Assembly: GCA_025839675.1 (NCBI GenBank)
Contig: CP104013.1
Span: 750,001 to 782,000 of the forward strand
From: Candidatus Lokiarchaeum ossiferum
GTDB taxonomy: Archaea > Asgardarchaeota > Lokiarchaeia > Sigyniarchaeales > Promethearchaeaceae
Length of the DNA: 32,000 bases
Direction of reading: 5' to 3'
A model generated the notes under the pieces. The model saw nothing but the letters and a program-made list of their open reading frames with translations, had not been told where the DNA came from and searched no databases. A program made the position numbers and the translations under genes. How positions within the stretch are numbered: position 1 is the stretch's first letter; each line of letters starts with the position of its first letter. Positions 29,801 to 31,642 of the stretch are shown piece by piece.

Positions 29801-31642
29801 GATCTTACGGGCTTGGGGGTGGATCTGCGGAGCTTAGGGCAGGTCTTCACCGAGTTCGACATTGTGGAGATGATTGATCCAAAGGATAATGGTGATTTGG
29901 ATCATGTTATTCAAGTTTTAAAACCGTCCAAAATTTTTGCTCGATTTAGTAGAGATCAAGAAACAACTTCTGTTTACAATCAAGAAATCATTCTCGCAGA
30001 TGGGGCTTCTGATAGGAATGTCCAATTATTTGCAGAAAAAACCATCCATGATGTGATGACCAATAAAGAATTAATCTCTAAAATTTTGTCCGAAGAAGTA
30101 TCAATAAATCCGGATCAAAGTGTGTTAATTGATGAATTTAATCATATTAAGGTCAAAGAATTGATCGAACGGACTCAAAATGTCTGGCGAAAAATGTTTA
30201 TAGCTTGTGATCAACTCCTGTTCAAAGAAGGTAAATCGACTCTCGATGCTAGTAATGAACCTATAAATCAAATAGAATTTGCTAAACAATTCTCCGACTT
30301 ATTTGGAGATAAATTAAAATATGATGCAAATATAATCCAGACATTGCTTGATTTAAGTCAGATTGGAAGAAAAACGATAAGTTCCAATCACATGAAAGCC
30401 TATCGGGCTGATGAGTTTGTTCTACTTCATAATGAAATGCTTTCTTTTCTGGGAAATGCAAATCCTGATTCTCCGCTAAAACTGACTCGCGACCGATTAG
30501 ATTATATTAGACAAAAGGACACTTTTTCGAGTTCCCTTACCATTTTTGAGGCTCTCATGTTGGATCAAATGAATCGCTATCTTGGTAACATGTTTATATC
30601 AGAAGGTGCCTTCTATGACTGGATGAGCACAGGTTGGGTGGAGTTAAAAAGTGATTTTAATTATCGGCAATGGAATGCGCGCAGTGCCCCTCTCTTCCTC
30701 AACCATTACCAAGAAATGATCTTCTATGATGCTACCAAGGCAAAAACCGCCACCCTGACTCTAACGATCAATGGGCAACCCGTCCCTGTGAAAGTGGAGT
30801 GTGATTCCTATTTCGAAAAGAGGTTAGTCGATACTATTGGGGACCTAATGAAGACCTATCCAGCCGCCAATGAACGCTTTTCACGGGTGTTTGGTAGTGA
30901 AATTTTCAAGCATTTGCCCCATAACCTTTTGGCGACGGTGCAAAAACAAGTTATTACGCGCGGAGGTATCAGGATGGCACGATATGATCCTGATATAATT
31001 GCTGCTTACACGGGTGAATCAGTTTTCGGAATATTGCAATCCATTGGAACACTTGCGTTTACTACCTCCTCAGAATTGAAAGAGGGAAAAATCTATCTGG
31101 ATTTAGGGCTCGTGTTTGGGGCCGTGGATGAATTTCGGGGAGTAATGATCGAAGCCTTAGGGTATGACGACTATGATCAATATGGGCAGCATTATGGGGA
31201 GAAAAAGGATAACTCGGCTCTGGCCTTGTTGGACGCCCACTTCGCCCAGATCTATGTGGCGCGGGAACAGGCCCGTGATGGCGATCCTGAATCACTCTAT
31301 ACATGGTATCAGAAAAATGCGAAATATATTGGGAAGAATGCGCCATTGCTCACCGAAAGCCAATATAAGCTGTTGATGGAACTCATAATGAAGAATCCGA
31401 ATGTACCCTTTGAAGAGCTGATGTTAAATCTAGCAGATAATTTTGAAGCTTATGGATTTCAGGATATTGAATCTGCCAAAGCATTTCAAAAAATATTTGG
31501 AATTGAAAAAGGTCCTCTTGGATATAAGAGTAATGAAAAAATGGATCCATGGTGGACTAATTATCAGAATTCCAAGCAAGGGATGATAGATGGGAGAATT
31601 AATTTGATTAATTCCCAATTGCATTACTTTTGGAGGAAATAA
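2843..31642 (+). CDS. Giant polytopic cell-surface protein (9,599 aa), adhesin/tether-like; multi-domain, no named family recognised for the whole protein
   Basis: Uninterrupted 28,800-nt ORF in AT-rich DNA. All other frames over the same span are broken into ORFs of 138 codons or fewer. SD upstream, stop TAA at 31640-31642, T8 immediately after. The internal architecture is given in the sub-features below. Confidence 0.95.
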   Translation: MMKKKTHNLKSDFISKFTHKIASFGGICAILLLIIVSAPLENPTASESVVYNPSSSTYQYNYGERPPIIAWNITSLKMGDFSYLIRNETSVLQTGRLSKLGVLRFQTPSVPCGIYNYTLDIYEHEKIISSHTIWVSVINDLPTFENVVYEDQYEFGSKFNMIQWNLIDRFIDRGYYEIFDGFGSKSTRKLARYDLISPNATINYYFPDLEIGDHLIRLEYYDGLGGSKISQIPISILPDLDPRITAKIPNDIEQGHNFTATYTLKDYIYGDGSYNLYLNGTLQEQGNWNQSLHITPEINSSDLGLGTTQLIFEYTTRVENRTDPFNLTYFTEIYYHKSFITIHNNLCPEISGEIDTTKESTTFVWTIYDAKFGPSANYRITYQGTEMAWGNITDINLFTDKEGCIVKYVLPHYLTAKTNLGLELVVEDGFGNSTSNYLEILSNYEEKTPIYLSSSIKLDKPPSDSGIPLLILAIAIGALICSEIWGKMQKKTRRLVMSIAAMGLLGFNLDLITGSAFFGGASPISFFEISPGYSEDAASGWDTNQTEFTIRVFDTLHYEFYLPEDAIVEPIITNELGYDIPIPSQFYEAGMQSGEIYMDPKRYINITSGFENVTEIQNSLNFLPNHQYTITLNTYRPDELYDVLSGWSDTYTFTVMKAKSAITFEKIGGYDKGLSMVDYTNDPLNSRVLYRYECTLSNAFSNDALYNELVHIYQLNHNSELYESLDEISTNLEGKISIGETRYAKDIDAAEFYYPGNEFYESDLEQDSIDVNHILSPFDYTHPEEELLTEGESSHMFDDSSTSTSYTGVNKKVSWGQNITDTQGFLLTEPTFQAPQPQFGVIPNVGMYVGTVSNYSGSCIIMSSSIYVYSDSVDYANLTLRFQNIWQRNGLSDDLSEGNVQLRAILFDDLLNIQEIVPLYDGFLKSYQTQTISFNPDNFQEVSQIYIGIWVEIIAPTCHIGYDSADEVYVIFSDFELDIRYPPAIGSAGHLTNWETYYLEANTKGMDVFVGEHDLTFTTTSGRADEGTLGQLAAIGEMKLQNPIDFTSTSVESSIIQFTSDGVIRQMIFDGDDGSSSYNLYLTPVYSDGSRGSVMSLQSATIESNSSTISVILSLNDYIGEVISHWILTGEFNIPSTSHGLPDLVEIFLSNPQIQVNGVAINLVDVSDPDPVPDYYLSRTVEPIPSDPPQYLPDSEGFLRDHCVAGPFFVTTQVWEEYETITGEFIDPTRDYQPGEFTVPNTPALPNSDPKLWEYVHSNKMHMKYNSYYNINDFCVAYSSFYVYISEFTPNLYIRGGSDESSRYYWDSEEIYYSHERRTLDIKTSEEEHDIIHLTNITQGYHKVLIMTEEYDSLWRYRVRFSLTPGSGDATYTPVHNIHFTHERPESDPRFTSITMDTQIQKSPRITPNRDSLIFSPNPQRVKEGTYAEMTVKSFIANGTALSGTLFNGSLAMNLQGFVDLAEWTADSVGVNASLTFELFAKNDLGNYVREFDTLLWTDLLSDITALSLTVENITVELAPVFANFSSPDRLLQEYFIRFKMIMVAEDDGTIPANLGVEISKLSLVLNDLEPVADWININDGELLSGIKNLSVVGVSRDIDMVRFLGSYDNGLTTYPIGEVYYNPATMADWVFTYAFDTDHHPIFHNDTENFTLIAELMDDYYSVELTMITGLKIDNTPPDLQIRNVNSNDLLTEPVWIEIDTEATDIEYIDLYLDSYNDTELIESQLLTTLTDGTGGWLYYLDPSLYPSREYNIKAVATDRTFEESLQGNAELTNVEFARVSPFFIGTSPLNGSEISDSVTFEFQASTTLISHIDIAVSTTATQDLSQTDFMPQTTLNGDASDLYSYIFDSTTVYGEDCEAWHYLQFDFWIDAYKETYYYLLFINNQPPLISMDFEPSTNFLAQTYSYELLNNVVDGLLTHEILTIFNQSTLQLDIDHSFTEDIAVLEYYVNVFDQTYQNLSDPLANQLNYDMITTDLQFSPSIEGYGLEDGYSYFRDLSQGILWTLTQLQENIENDTIYDAGDIFDRASECAYLGYVEQFTTMIPAHYIKDADHAIVAQFEALFSTLYNDLTYIDTLAALVDAKEQNIIDKEIEILSAELALANAIDDLSILNSELAALNAQLASNQTLLSSTQDYLSQKQADLVAAEVARDDPLTGVDALWELIVLKESYYDSNASRATAITNSDSTGLRGIAKNEWDSAEAMLALWQDYYNWNDSRQLAISDSDFTGLRGLAYDEWQTAQTTLDLWQGYYAANMSLQTELGDDQVGLIADALNDWNALENELTLWQTYQSWNISRLNEIGSDDYQGDRGTMWLIIQSIEDDLNFWISERDNYYDRAVNQITDSDSSGERGAAKDVWDAALLALSNKEAELVSWEANLATYGDNESGLIGDKKTEWDAAIAEVIYWQGEVNAQAIIVNTEIAERDQLYDDVQNRLSIASSILSTINAWEASLTALEADLVDLIQICDDLQDLADYYLQRRNDFTPGSSGWNYWEDMWFDTLFELYRAQRDVTDCENSITALENAIGVDTGYYATSTAKWKEYRYYKGDINLLNPVQVYEDYIYQANTVVPNVQIVLSSYQNSLDSSIASATIKEMEYDALVAYRDNTILINIASIQAEINDTSEGSLQDAINDAAAAYNALIDEYNSIMDQPDGFYWICVATIGDESIGLVKDLNDAYDYRQSLIDEYDYIYNIALPLCDDTINNPSTGLITLASTAETYYNSLNATLVGVNADIAYCVTIIGGTSSGLIQDRDQKFAFYNSLVAEYLAITENGGNLDICTAQIVAYIVLSDQEEQKYLDLIAEYNLIMTVILPTLDDEINNPTTGLYALRQALFDTISVLNGEIAGILADISTLEGIIYSIENDITIKTSEISAQEGVQASIEADIIGLYSDLDVLNSELNTLEDQYKQESLLKLDHAYNFMYLVLQPKLTGLNYNILDDSLASFTSQSLLTYTGGTPNWNPTLDISSIPDGFIAIGIYAEDTAGNSINITTPTYFLDKGSPDVSLFYPISDSQVEVEKNLGVDEYNMLTFAFWVQDQDVKKINLQSMVIFNEFMAQDLSDYICRINPGEISQITLFFNQSESNLLFDQFVESPWIEVTVECEDYFGKKTTFTTQFQAVEQVDTKNPVINEIILPDSQNIYTGGFDVWINATDPNNGTGVRFVDLWMDKMDSDLTPESLVFLIDQWQQDQLPEDHMLLTNYLGMITDPEVSGLYYLNPFEMSGRFANLTSGEHTFYIRVFDYNYNYVTYSFSRTIIMPEINISPNEIICTEGENKELSIFLKNFGNQIANVTFELMFADALDQNPENGFIPLWSLTDVNGTDGWNVTFALIPEQDFYLNYRIVQMDNSIISSVTHQEFLTQIARVLFPEYSGNETYIDSAYAKHRFTVDDTTPHDITINLGDDMILNDEWTLESFWFGNYTTQKVEVFLDDEIVGEFNATEDILDKSTPLYKDTTPIDSQTGETFVLNPYDETTGEYLIDDGEYEMVVKVTFLNGKSATSNPISIIIDTSSPEFQEDGIYLNGGSTTDYEWVDDTYLVFTNETVDIVIHARDDVTDITAINLTLGTSLDPADDVVTMEIFGTDLNLWWDGSVQEQLRVNMSALGLADGKYYLRVEIFSGGGVQMDQSFAIAYDTDAPLGYFSNPAQYTIYTQDHIELFYTCATESPFGTAHIQSVTFYMQLMDTHENITLGTSSVPIQIHTDGSQTFATLFTNPQAYQETITFWVSIHDEAGNAQWNITTTEHEISTYQIMLDGFTNVLPMIPNEAITGSLNGYFEFQTDPQKLDVSMELLVNDVPIEDLVTFDPKGLDEDEDFAIEWNARLIPEQLKEVKIPFNFLEYSSASLNPDPSTDKQAWGFFNSSDRPSVAYVSQQQLHIFIPELLEESVNFFNWVHLSLPIPLDPVLQMEAFDWNADGQDEIAILTATSLIMVWNEDEIWAYIPLDLSLQNVDQFCIGGANIYLANQNELLIYTKDTDSSLNLIDTILLDGSAKINGLTFGSIAPTNLYYPVITTSEKHLQYYDGTKWLTMFTSAFPFTSHLFCENLDLTPAHELLFAIEIPAGTIPETDVIRAQWDEVDLKWRVVSTGDFSEIKEVFDIQTGHLAADNYGRVIVARGDELAIQRLGEKDLTFLYSDFSYDPYTSSSPFQAGTLTEDVELSSSSLLEARLENSNSDVSFSSDSSSAYNIEFDSIEDPVPTTAYSTVSASELLQNPLSSQQLTTGNQDALSTSRILAPFTGGFINDTAETKATGLEMTDFRYDFRSGSNYDLDPTLNQIGYDVLADGGVSEGYTYSDIGIENIQSSGILKNFAFYQNFDINCGDYETDIDYDANGQSSYSVTSEPFDAHSRLDAFRYTRSNPDGGYIGHGNSYPLHKEDYPIFAYDRCLPAYGEKLPVGNNFLKDDLSMTIPLKLNIDVKNFDVGEVRFQLSLAAYSHVFYSIYTTNGATDGRSNMYSANFDLYLVSGGNRLEITDTSYWATVGHYTDRLVSGIECLPVQYWDFNSPNVWKGVDVHIPIGVWTDYGIDPNDCKLEIVMTDPYLNHCYPQYSTGEGIYDTSSYEIYSMVRTLMYRSMILKYFRVSYYQNPKSIMNGFMTDYEQFSISNGIPINFVAGEGDDPTVSGGPIQIKKGNTLPEPEENVGNFQTELGDFENLRVSLKIKPVSQLWLSDADTSPLSALLNPFSSTSLYSNDFQISSIVSSTPSLVSLTIKYYTPSGDSTQILYPTDWEMVGDYLQGDVLLWIDDVSTEKIEIVPTLQWSVTTSITRLDLGDYFYPKTPLVAIQRTIPASSILVGTAGQLREKAQLSDTLMSKWELAQDDSYTAFSTLEFATDMLLEIPSIFPLNQPQQLEVAIPITPAFKVYNLQSQIITGTTSASDITINPFIEYTLNGIEYIPLEASTPASINEGILLFRIDTIDYGTYFDFREGYESQGSTFLNFRLNIDLIFHDPAEMTIAGSTESSIKASITFGTPQTTLLMYNAYPLATAGENNLIYSQTIELECDTQSSLFNSGDGSYRGEMISEFSVDASEITSFDGQPLLNFPLKMEISRITTEITATTTYEVMYDSNGDGDYLDADEFLFSNEDGSFDGYYHFALKEERGQTDLYRTQFEIRITSVYQTYVETSSFVNEFKLNYYIDNNAIITRDDLNWISDQDILGGTFLFDFGLQSTSQSFEHILQSNNALEDGEIDFTHWGELACEFAVNLPIDYTQEDLDAITMLNLEIAPSSTIVAEIWTHDDPTNMVDLMDNPWETWESEFNGGTQIFQIRDSGLTTWTNLGPAEDPELDALCWDEMVEYWLSPTTSLSEFVQDGGGVDYLDFRVILDTTNFGETHVPDPYDSSRYSIDLSDVRVRLFTEDPKDAMIYTASQDLACTPNDYEFSSLTVGIDSSLEIAGKFGIGTDVLLEDLPEGAIIYSNIQASLAIKHDGVYVAYGEYTLTPFTNTQSIFANALIEAEIPSMAQYNAFTNDKTTPLEFRITWTWELENTYLYPVQFTNTQNYQIDAEGYSWDQNSTTLALSSHVLNVHDLDLDNDFDLLLDGGNGLLFQENTGYYPMTLRAYDGYDELICEQSFFGTLDSGSPHPELTSLEDRIGDHLIPEFNTLMDLVIVDYSPDLMHLDIFFSEDGTFVDIDHVDYETSHIFGNGDSLPVPINDYFYPISLDTSSFGADGMKYLKIVGIDSVGNFGEYFMEFWYDRQDPLTSISFSHSDASKVSLQTEVTLQISDSGNVDEAGSVKETHLKIWNEDQTVSYLHEIISKEEIEAGSLSLSLYEDIIVPYNLQADHLMMEYWSIDFASNEEVHQWEDIIIDDSYSIRLYSDETYSTILEGEVSVQYLDQLFGKILDTFDQPLPFGFEVDLHLDGLKYSTIHIWNNEGNFNTTIISSEIQGEDLRTLPGTIINHNGWSEDQYHADRIIDLPVRGEIQKIETQGLSRFYYQDVNDMELSYSNLDLENLAVGQNYEGIHLDLFIPWQFNDNVGTTFEKIQITFINQSEEDDSLNIEWKYTLDQNDLAELFVANQQPLVWGNNLVNYIPVDINFAELMAYGMFYEIPFDFATVDEIVITGYRNPTHPSFSLTDPTSSSLTLICGEIRLVDLLNDATTYYQENPLGIERPYIYNGQIAGNFFNSLSISSPNTLRFNHKDLPVMSAVLEEGDAIYSDSITVSAISFGGENLPETTHMISDYLKLTARNASMDMIDVGMPTHDGAPSSLAFTLVQKPDNYTHLTLNYSGNSLFNSIASQINASLVLQKENLVLDFENVPLTDAYTMHILRNTTRSFNGIIKDDDESVPIYFVPHSQLISYPLYSFDSSSWVWKQDITVEDTSIRLGAKTGINTYQWFDYQEGNIASFNFTMDNQEGGNIPFTPQTIICAVNYPGNDFYKNTTREFNIEIHPLEVQLVPNAITFDLSEEKLSIDEDGRISDATWTFTDDNLYSFSLKDQYSTPLQEKPVWMSIGVLPKGASLPYDFTNPADSYVAQYLGSAGNPSQELLNLMIYQDYTGVPQIYPFVDEQDNDAIKMFAPLYYQMGLTDENGSVSFLLEGNIFAQVLDNWNRYIFAGGSLEDVNLYMRVFYDNQFNSESMKIATEYMLDQEYEVVFGGNEEFVYNQNTTQWGTYEIEGNAEYFDSNYASTYAHGIVNFRKEDLVLVSGYFEPKNPDDFTVGVQLMEADIVGSDDTGFSLIPEEEGKSSNLLDLTGITFPDEFSILMEIFDQSGTSKVIDGRYQLGEYVDNIQLMDPEGSALFNVNEDIFGPQFQRLVPNVYTIQYSLSSLESYSKMYNLPNSTTCQLVIKSPYTYTLDYPSHIYSLPNMVMSDTEMNVAYGNGTEYWSHMNFDHGYPIITADLLIRNTTDYIPNYNLTDVINVQFNINGMEYEYYFSLNTSEYIDEEGIYHAGDDYTFEIPVKFLDGMRPNISVYTSLEFTPENNINWSQVEMDYIDQYIDQETGIVDWAEWEEWEESNMTKAYEEYRLGASYEVIMENFTLHESTLRTDGQSWQFSQEFADGDSNNDHQWQYNDETMPTFETDISTDQYTTTLGEHTALDFDEDSIPDEFVSIAVSENQVCTTFDSSDTIIDWQEDRIEFMQNMTFNTTFTLNNFFTVEQKTKNLTQPFNLRSETYQTYEGFLFPSLDEESEIITWDHSLRSGAYWTDVAHIEDKDLISVGLHEGESTCLIRDNLYMPYNGAVDWDFRIPNVNNYDLGSLPSSDLEFIINFTLVKNMQNGPIQWTQILELSPLTGIIEGNNLAFKEVGFDIPDLYCSEWIDLELNITLKNAPSTNLEKVMLLKGMITGDETIYRISNEFPTKLRAKLFSANFLYFFTQRALTEEIGATRNTYEFYSGDPENRPADDIFFSLEQCDEPYAKDLVSMVEVWDWDIYQANPDRYIQVENWEFDEETRTYTEIEELFAPQSTSTYAEFGLDDPFGVSMLKLRLDDTFLETLTSFEKYSMFVDLHNVPGDLYASRPIPSIIVNDPANFLARQKITLLVQPSTWDQTPQRSILSSENSGSSISTDVSSKNINMSAEENTVFESQLIYYMDEQSSDIAINDWSQTHVKSDSTVDPSELTDDLDRLMYDDNETISYVEEIDFSHEPLLVDMHPYFTLGDRLYSAEMQARFSMNISQIYRGNPWFDWLEIPFLLDSVAFVDWIEVSYVTTSGTTRTLITYSDLESIQFTGDDLTYAIPDGDIIDTVMFKFQLAMHLDKSLVPNMTLMGLGLFRDSSVGELTIEVEAEDETTEIQRIDLLPTFCYSPMLPKGDRIPFSFTDNGQNKILKSISISTPVVSNTDMYLYGLNLIKMTETDDSWEADPIYTYSFDKRSRDYQNMMLSFYANDVGLPTWNDPAGALRVENIPWVSQVSYDIDGDMIYDLTITQSDGEGKGDELAGYYGQQIIFEKIVDLDGSMTLHQTLSSGTPYTYFENGVKDTITYDFGADGTDELMRKWDTEIVTYNITEENSYETPYHFISRTQIVSFEELIDQTGDGKFNFRQRAYQSRTFQQYDWDEINVHTSIPSYDEFFIDKDGEEQNYFLTNTTVFDWSEWTTGYTTSYDQEGDGAWEKVIDRQDLFQNDEYYLEEGYDNYIFETYSTRSASSYDVYNVTNPSEILETKLNVTIDYGNTLVEDATFYLLGADSPDEWLTTGKCLNNITGSFVVEYNVPVPIDPRIEVPESMRIQENGLIYWYNSNPEEDNYYETAFIMTEESAKDNIAVAVYISRSGRQQVLTDPLEYKLSGDDIIASHWLNDEYGYEDIMDIAWDNAWTNYLAMLETEEYMTMNVIDTAASAVLLAGTAFAGKFIASAVILSGPVGLMVGFGLAIGYVAGMLIYTNYVRPAIEDLLIERGVIGDRATEIGKNPDVRFWQDFKTFIGDGTENLVESFSIFALRDPTPYYTEKAYFMDTDPFTLDLNPGIANETWNYAIEYNVPQFWAPRARDDYKGPLPWWDNVAAALDLGEAIKNTGFFTAPQSTELAALGISLGVDDDERSEVVAQLWARAATYRYQADMGSGYIVNSEAEALEYWMVKALEYQAYHRRTLHQFFYRDAPWGKEGLWDIEEHPTWNTINHIGHVESTLASHSFSNMTRLEYQTGALGEPTLVARKDTTLNYNDSNIYEVDYQIMCLLSKYQTGYASAENYDPRIFWNNLKTRAIQVAIGIASAWCGGALGLAVGTKLGSTIALNSYVQQYFAGTVSQQTLDRMVSITFTDAFRQTTATMAANSIFGKYWFAEQMIEELVLENIVAQTALLFGCGEGLAEQLGEIFGQVNMLSSFSDIYMNVKQGIGLFGQLGQRIFNSQQNSLMAYRASQSIGHSLTNIKGLLGISQDSQGHIIIQKNLKASQDGAISTLQTALQEKLLQQLPYASGDLLCEDILLAIMERSIDAAMQGPNMATHSQILDTVQASITKDFPQVQISMRQFTQLFKLKVVNSILSGSNDLMNVLNDQDLWELGGVDLNQGTYTKMRLANHGSNVEFHVKYDGQVDKYVDGALVGTYFVNDLTGLGVDLRSLGQVFTEFDIVEMIDPKDNGDLDHVIQVLKPSKIFARFSRDQETTSVYNQEIILADGASDRNVQLFAEKTIHDVMTNKELISKILSEEVSINPDQSVLIDEFNHIKVKELIERTQNVWRKMFIACDQLLFKEGKSTLDASNEPINQIEFAKQFSDLFGDKLKYDANIIQTLLDLSQIGRKTISSNHMKAYRADEFVLLHNEMLSFLGNANPDSPLKLTRDRLDYIRQKDTFSSSLTIFEALMLDQMNRYLGNMFISEGAFYDWMSTGWVELKSDFNYRQWNARSAPLFLNHYQEMIFYDATKAKTATLTLTINGQPVPVKVECDSYFEKRLVDTIGDLMKTYPAANERFSRVFGSEIFKHLPHNLLATVQKQVITRGGIRMARYDPDIIAAYTGESVFGILQSIGTLAFTTSSELKEGKIYLDLGLVFGAVDEFRGVMIEALGYDDYDQYGQHYGEKKDNSALALLDAHFAQIYVAREQARDGDPESLYTWYQKNAKYIGKNAPLLTESQYKLLMELIMKNPNVPFEELMLNLADNFEAYGFQDIESAKAFQKIFGIEKGPLGYKSNEKMDPWWTNYQNSKQGMIDGRINLINSQLHYFWRK
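2912..2962 (+). other. N-terminal signal-anchor or signal-peptide hydrophobic segment
   Basis: MMKKKTHNLKSDFISKFTHKIAS (basic n-region) is followed by FGGICAILLLIIVSAPL and then ENPTASES. Confidence 0.7.
3029..4180 (+). repeat. Four tandem ~95-aa beta-sandwich-type modules (protein-level repeat), densely decorated with N-x-S/T sequons
   Basis: A motif recurs once per module: IAWNITS..GDFSYLIRNE; IQWNLIDRFIDRGYYEIFDG; TATYTLKDYIYGDGSYNLYLNG; FVWTIYDAKFGPSANYRITYQG. The last module ends in VEDGFGNST. I hand-counted 12 N-x-S/T sequons among about 30 Asn in aa 41-465. Confidence 0.55.
4241..4402 (+). other. Membrane hairpin: TM helix, basic loop, then a second hydrophobic segment that looks like an internal signal peptide
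   Basis: IPLLILAIAIGALICSEIWG (4241-4300), then KMQKKTRRL, then VMSIAAMGLLGFNLDLITGSAFFGG (4328-4402). Met488 (ATG 4304) is followed by an A9 tract (4308-4316). Confidence 0.6.
6656..6931 (+). other. PA14-like / jelly-roll lectin-like segment (tentative)
   Basis: NDFCVAYSSFYVYISEFTPNLYIRGGSDESSRYYWDSEEIYYSH...HLTNITQGYHKVLIMTEEYDSLWRYRVRFSL follows the PA14 pattern: F..Y i....G.Y.f....DD....w.dg, then L..G..y.i.i.y.e, then l.w. This is pattern-level only. Confidence 0.3.
9356..10075 (+). repeat. Trp-rich ~40-aa tandem repeat family A, six units (protein level)
   Basis: The six units are: YYDSNASRATAITNSDSTGLRGIAKNEWDSAEAMLALWQD / YYNWNDSRQLAISDSDFTGLRGLAYDEWQTAQTTLDLWQG / YYAANMSLQTELGDDQVGLIADALNDWNALENELTLWQT / YQSWNISRLNEIGSDDYQGDRGTMWLIIQSIEDDLNFWISERDN / YYDRAVNQITDSDSSGERGAAKDVWDAALLALSNKEAELVSWEAN / LATYGDNESGLIGDKKTEWDAAIAEVIYWQGE. 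They sum to 240 aa, which equals 720 nt exactly. Confidence 0.8.
10709..11425 (+). repeat. ~40-aa tandem repeat family B, six units, with recurring Cys (protein level)
   Basis: The six units are: DTSEGSLQDAINDAAAAYNALIDEYNSIMDQPDGFYWICVATIG / DESIGLVKDLNDAYDYRQSLIDEYDYIYNIALPLCDDTIN / NPSTGLITLASTAETYYNSLNATLVGVNADIAYCVTIIG / GTSSGLIQDRDQKFAFYNSLVAEYLAITENGGNLDICTAQIVAYIV / LSDQEEQKYLDLIAEYNLIMTVILPTLDDEIN / NPTTGLYALRQALFDTISVLNGEIAGILADISTLEGII. They sum to 239 aa, which equals 717 nt. Confidence 0.65.
11700..14110 (+). repeat. Array of Ig-like (bacterial Ig / Big-type) beta-sandwich domains
   Basis: Domain-start motifs D-x-x-x-P recur at 11843 (DKGSP), 12218 (DTKNP), 13016 (DDTTP), 13373 (DTSSP) and 13748 (DTDAP). 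Domain-end motifs of the D-x-AGN type also occur (AEDTAGNS ~11791, HDEAGNA ~14035). The same motifs appear outside the array at 7865 (DNTPP) and 19928 (DRQDP, preceded by GIDSVGNF). Confidence 0.55.
14470..15225 (+). other. FG-GAP / integrin-alpha-like beta-propeller-type segment (tentative)
   Basis: Canonical Ca-loop D-x-N-x-D-G-x-x-E-I (FDWNADGQDEIAIL, 14579-14605), followed by strand-like blades (SLIMVWNED, ANIYLANQNELLIYT, LYYPVITTSEKHLQYYDG, HELLFAIE, GRVIVARGDELAIQR). A degenerate second loop lies elsewhere (HDLDLDNDFDLLLDGGNG, ~19420-19475). Confidence 0.4.
15266..15540 (+). other. Ser/Thr-rich low-complexity linker
   Basis: PYTSSSPFQAGTLTEDVELSSSSLLEARLENSNSDVSFSSDSSSAYNIEFDSIEDPVPTTAYSTVSASELLQNPLSSQQLTTGNQDALSTS. 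Confidence 0.6.
18041..18076 (+). other. EF-hand/dockerin-like 12-residue Ca-binding loop
   Basis: DSNGDGDYLDAD fits D-x-N-x-D-G-x-(aromatic)-x-x-x-D. Confidence 0.5.
26411..27016 (+). repeat. Four spaced D-x-x-x-D-G/M-x-(aromatic/aliphatic) loops; putative Ca-binding repeat module near the membrane
   Basis: DIDGDMIYD (26411), DFGADGTDE (26618), DQTGDGKFN (26762), DQEGDGAWE (26978). They are spaced 48-72 aa apart. Confidence 0.45.
27668..27805 (+). other. Pair of adjacent C-terminal transmembrane helices
   Basis: AASAVLLAGTAFAGKFIASAVIL (27668-27736), then SGP, then VGLMVGFGLAIGYVAGMLIY (27746-27805). Confidence 0.7.
28763..28855 (+). other. Third C-terminal hydrophobic (Gly/Ala-rich) segment, possible TM helix
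   Basis: AIQVAIGIASAWCGGALGLAVGTKLGSTIAL, preceded by NNLKTR. Confidence 0.5.
28856..31639 (+). other. ~928-aa C-terminal domain of unknown function, probably cytoplasmic
   Basis: No N-x-S/T sequon among 52 Asn (hand count). Composition shifts to K/R/Q/L-rich, helical-looking sequence. I found no Walker A, HExxH or other catalytic motif. Confidence 0.5.

Noticed and set aside
30227-30241. EGKST as a possible Walker A / P-loop in the tail.
   Set aside because: The preceding residues (QLLFKEGKST) lack the G-x-x-x-x-G-K-[ST] spacing, and no Walker B-like hhhhD[ED] follows at a suitable distance.
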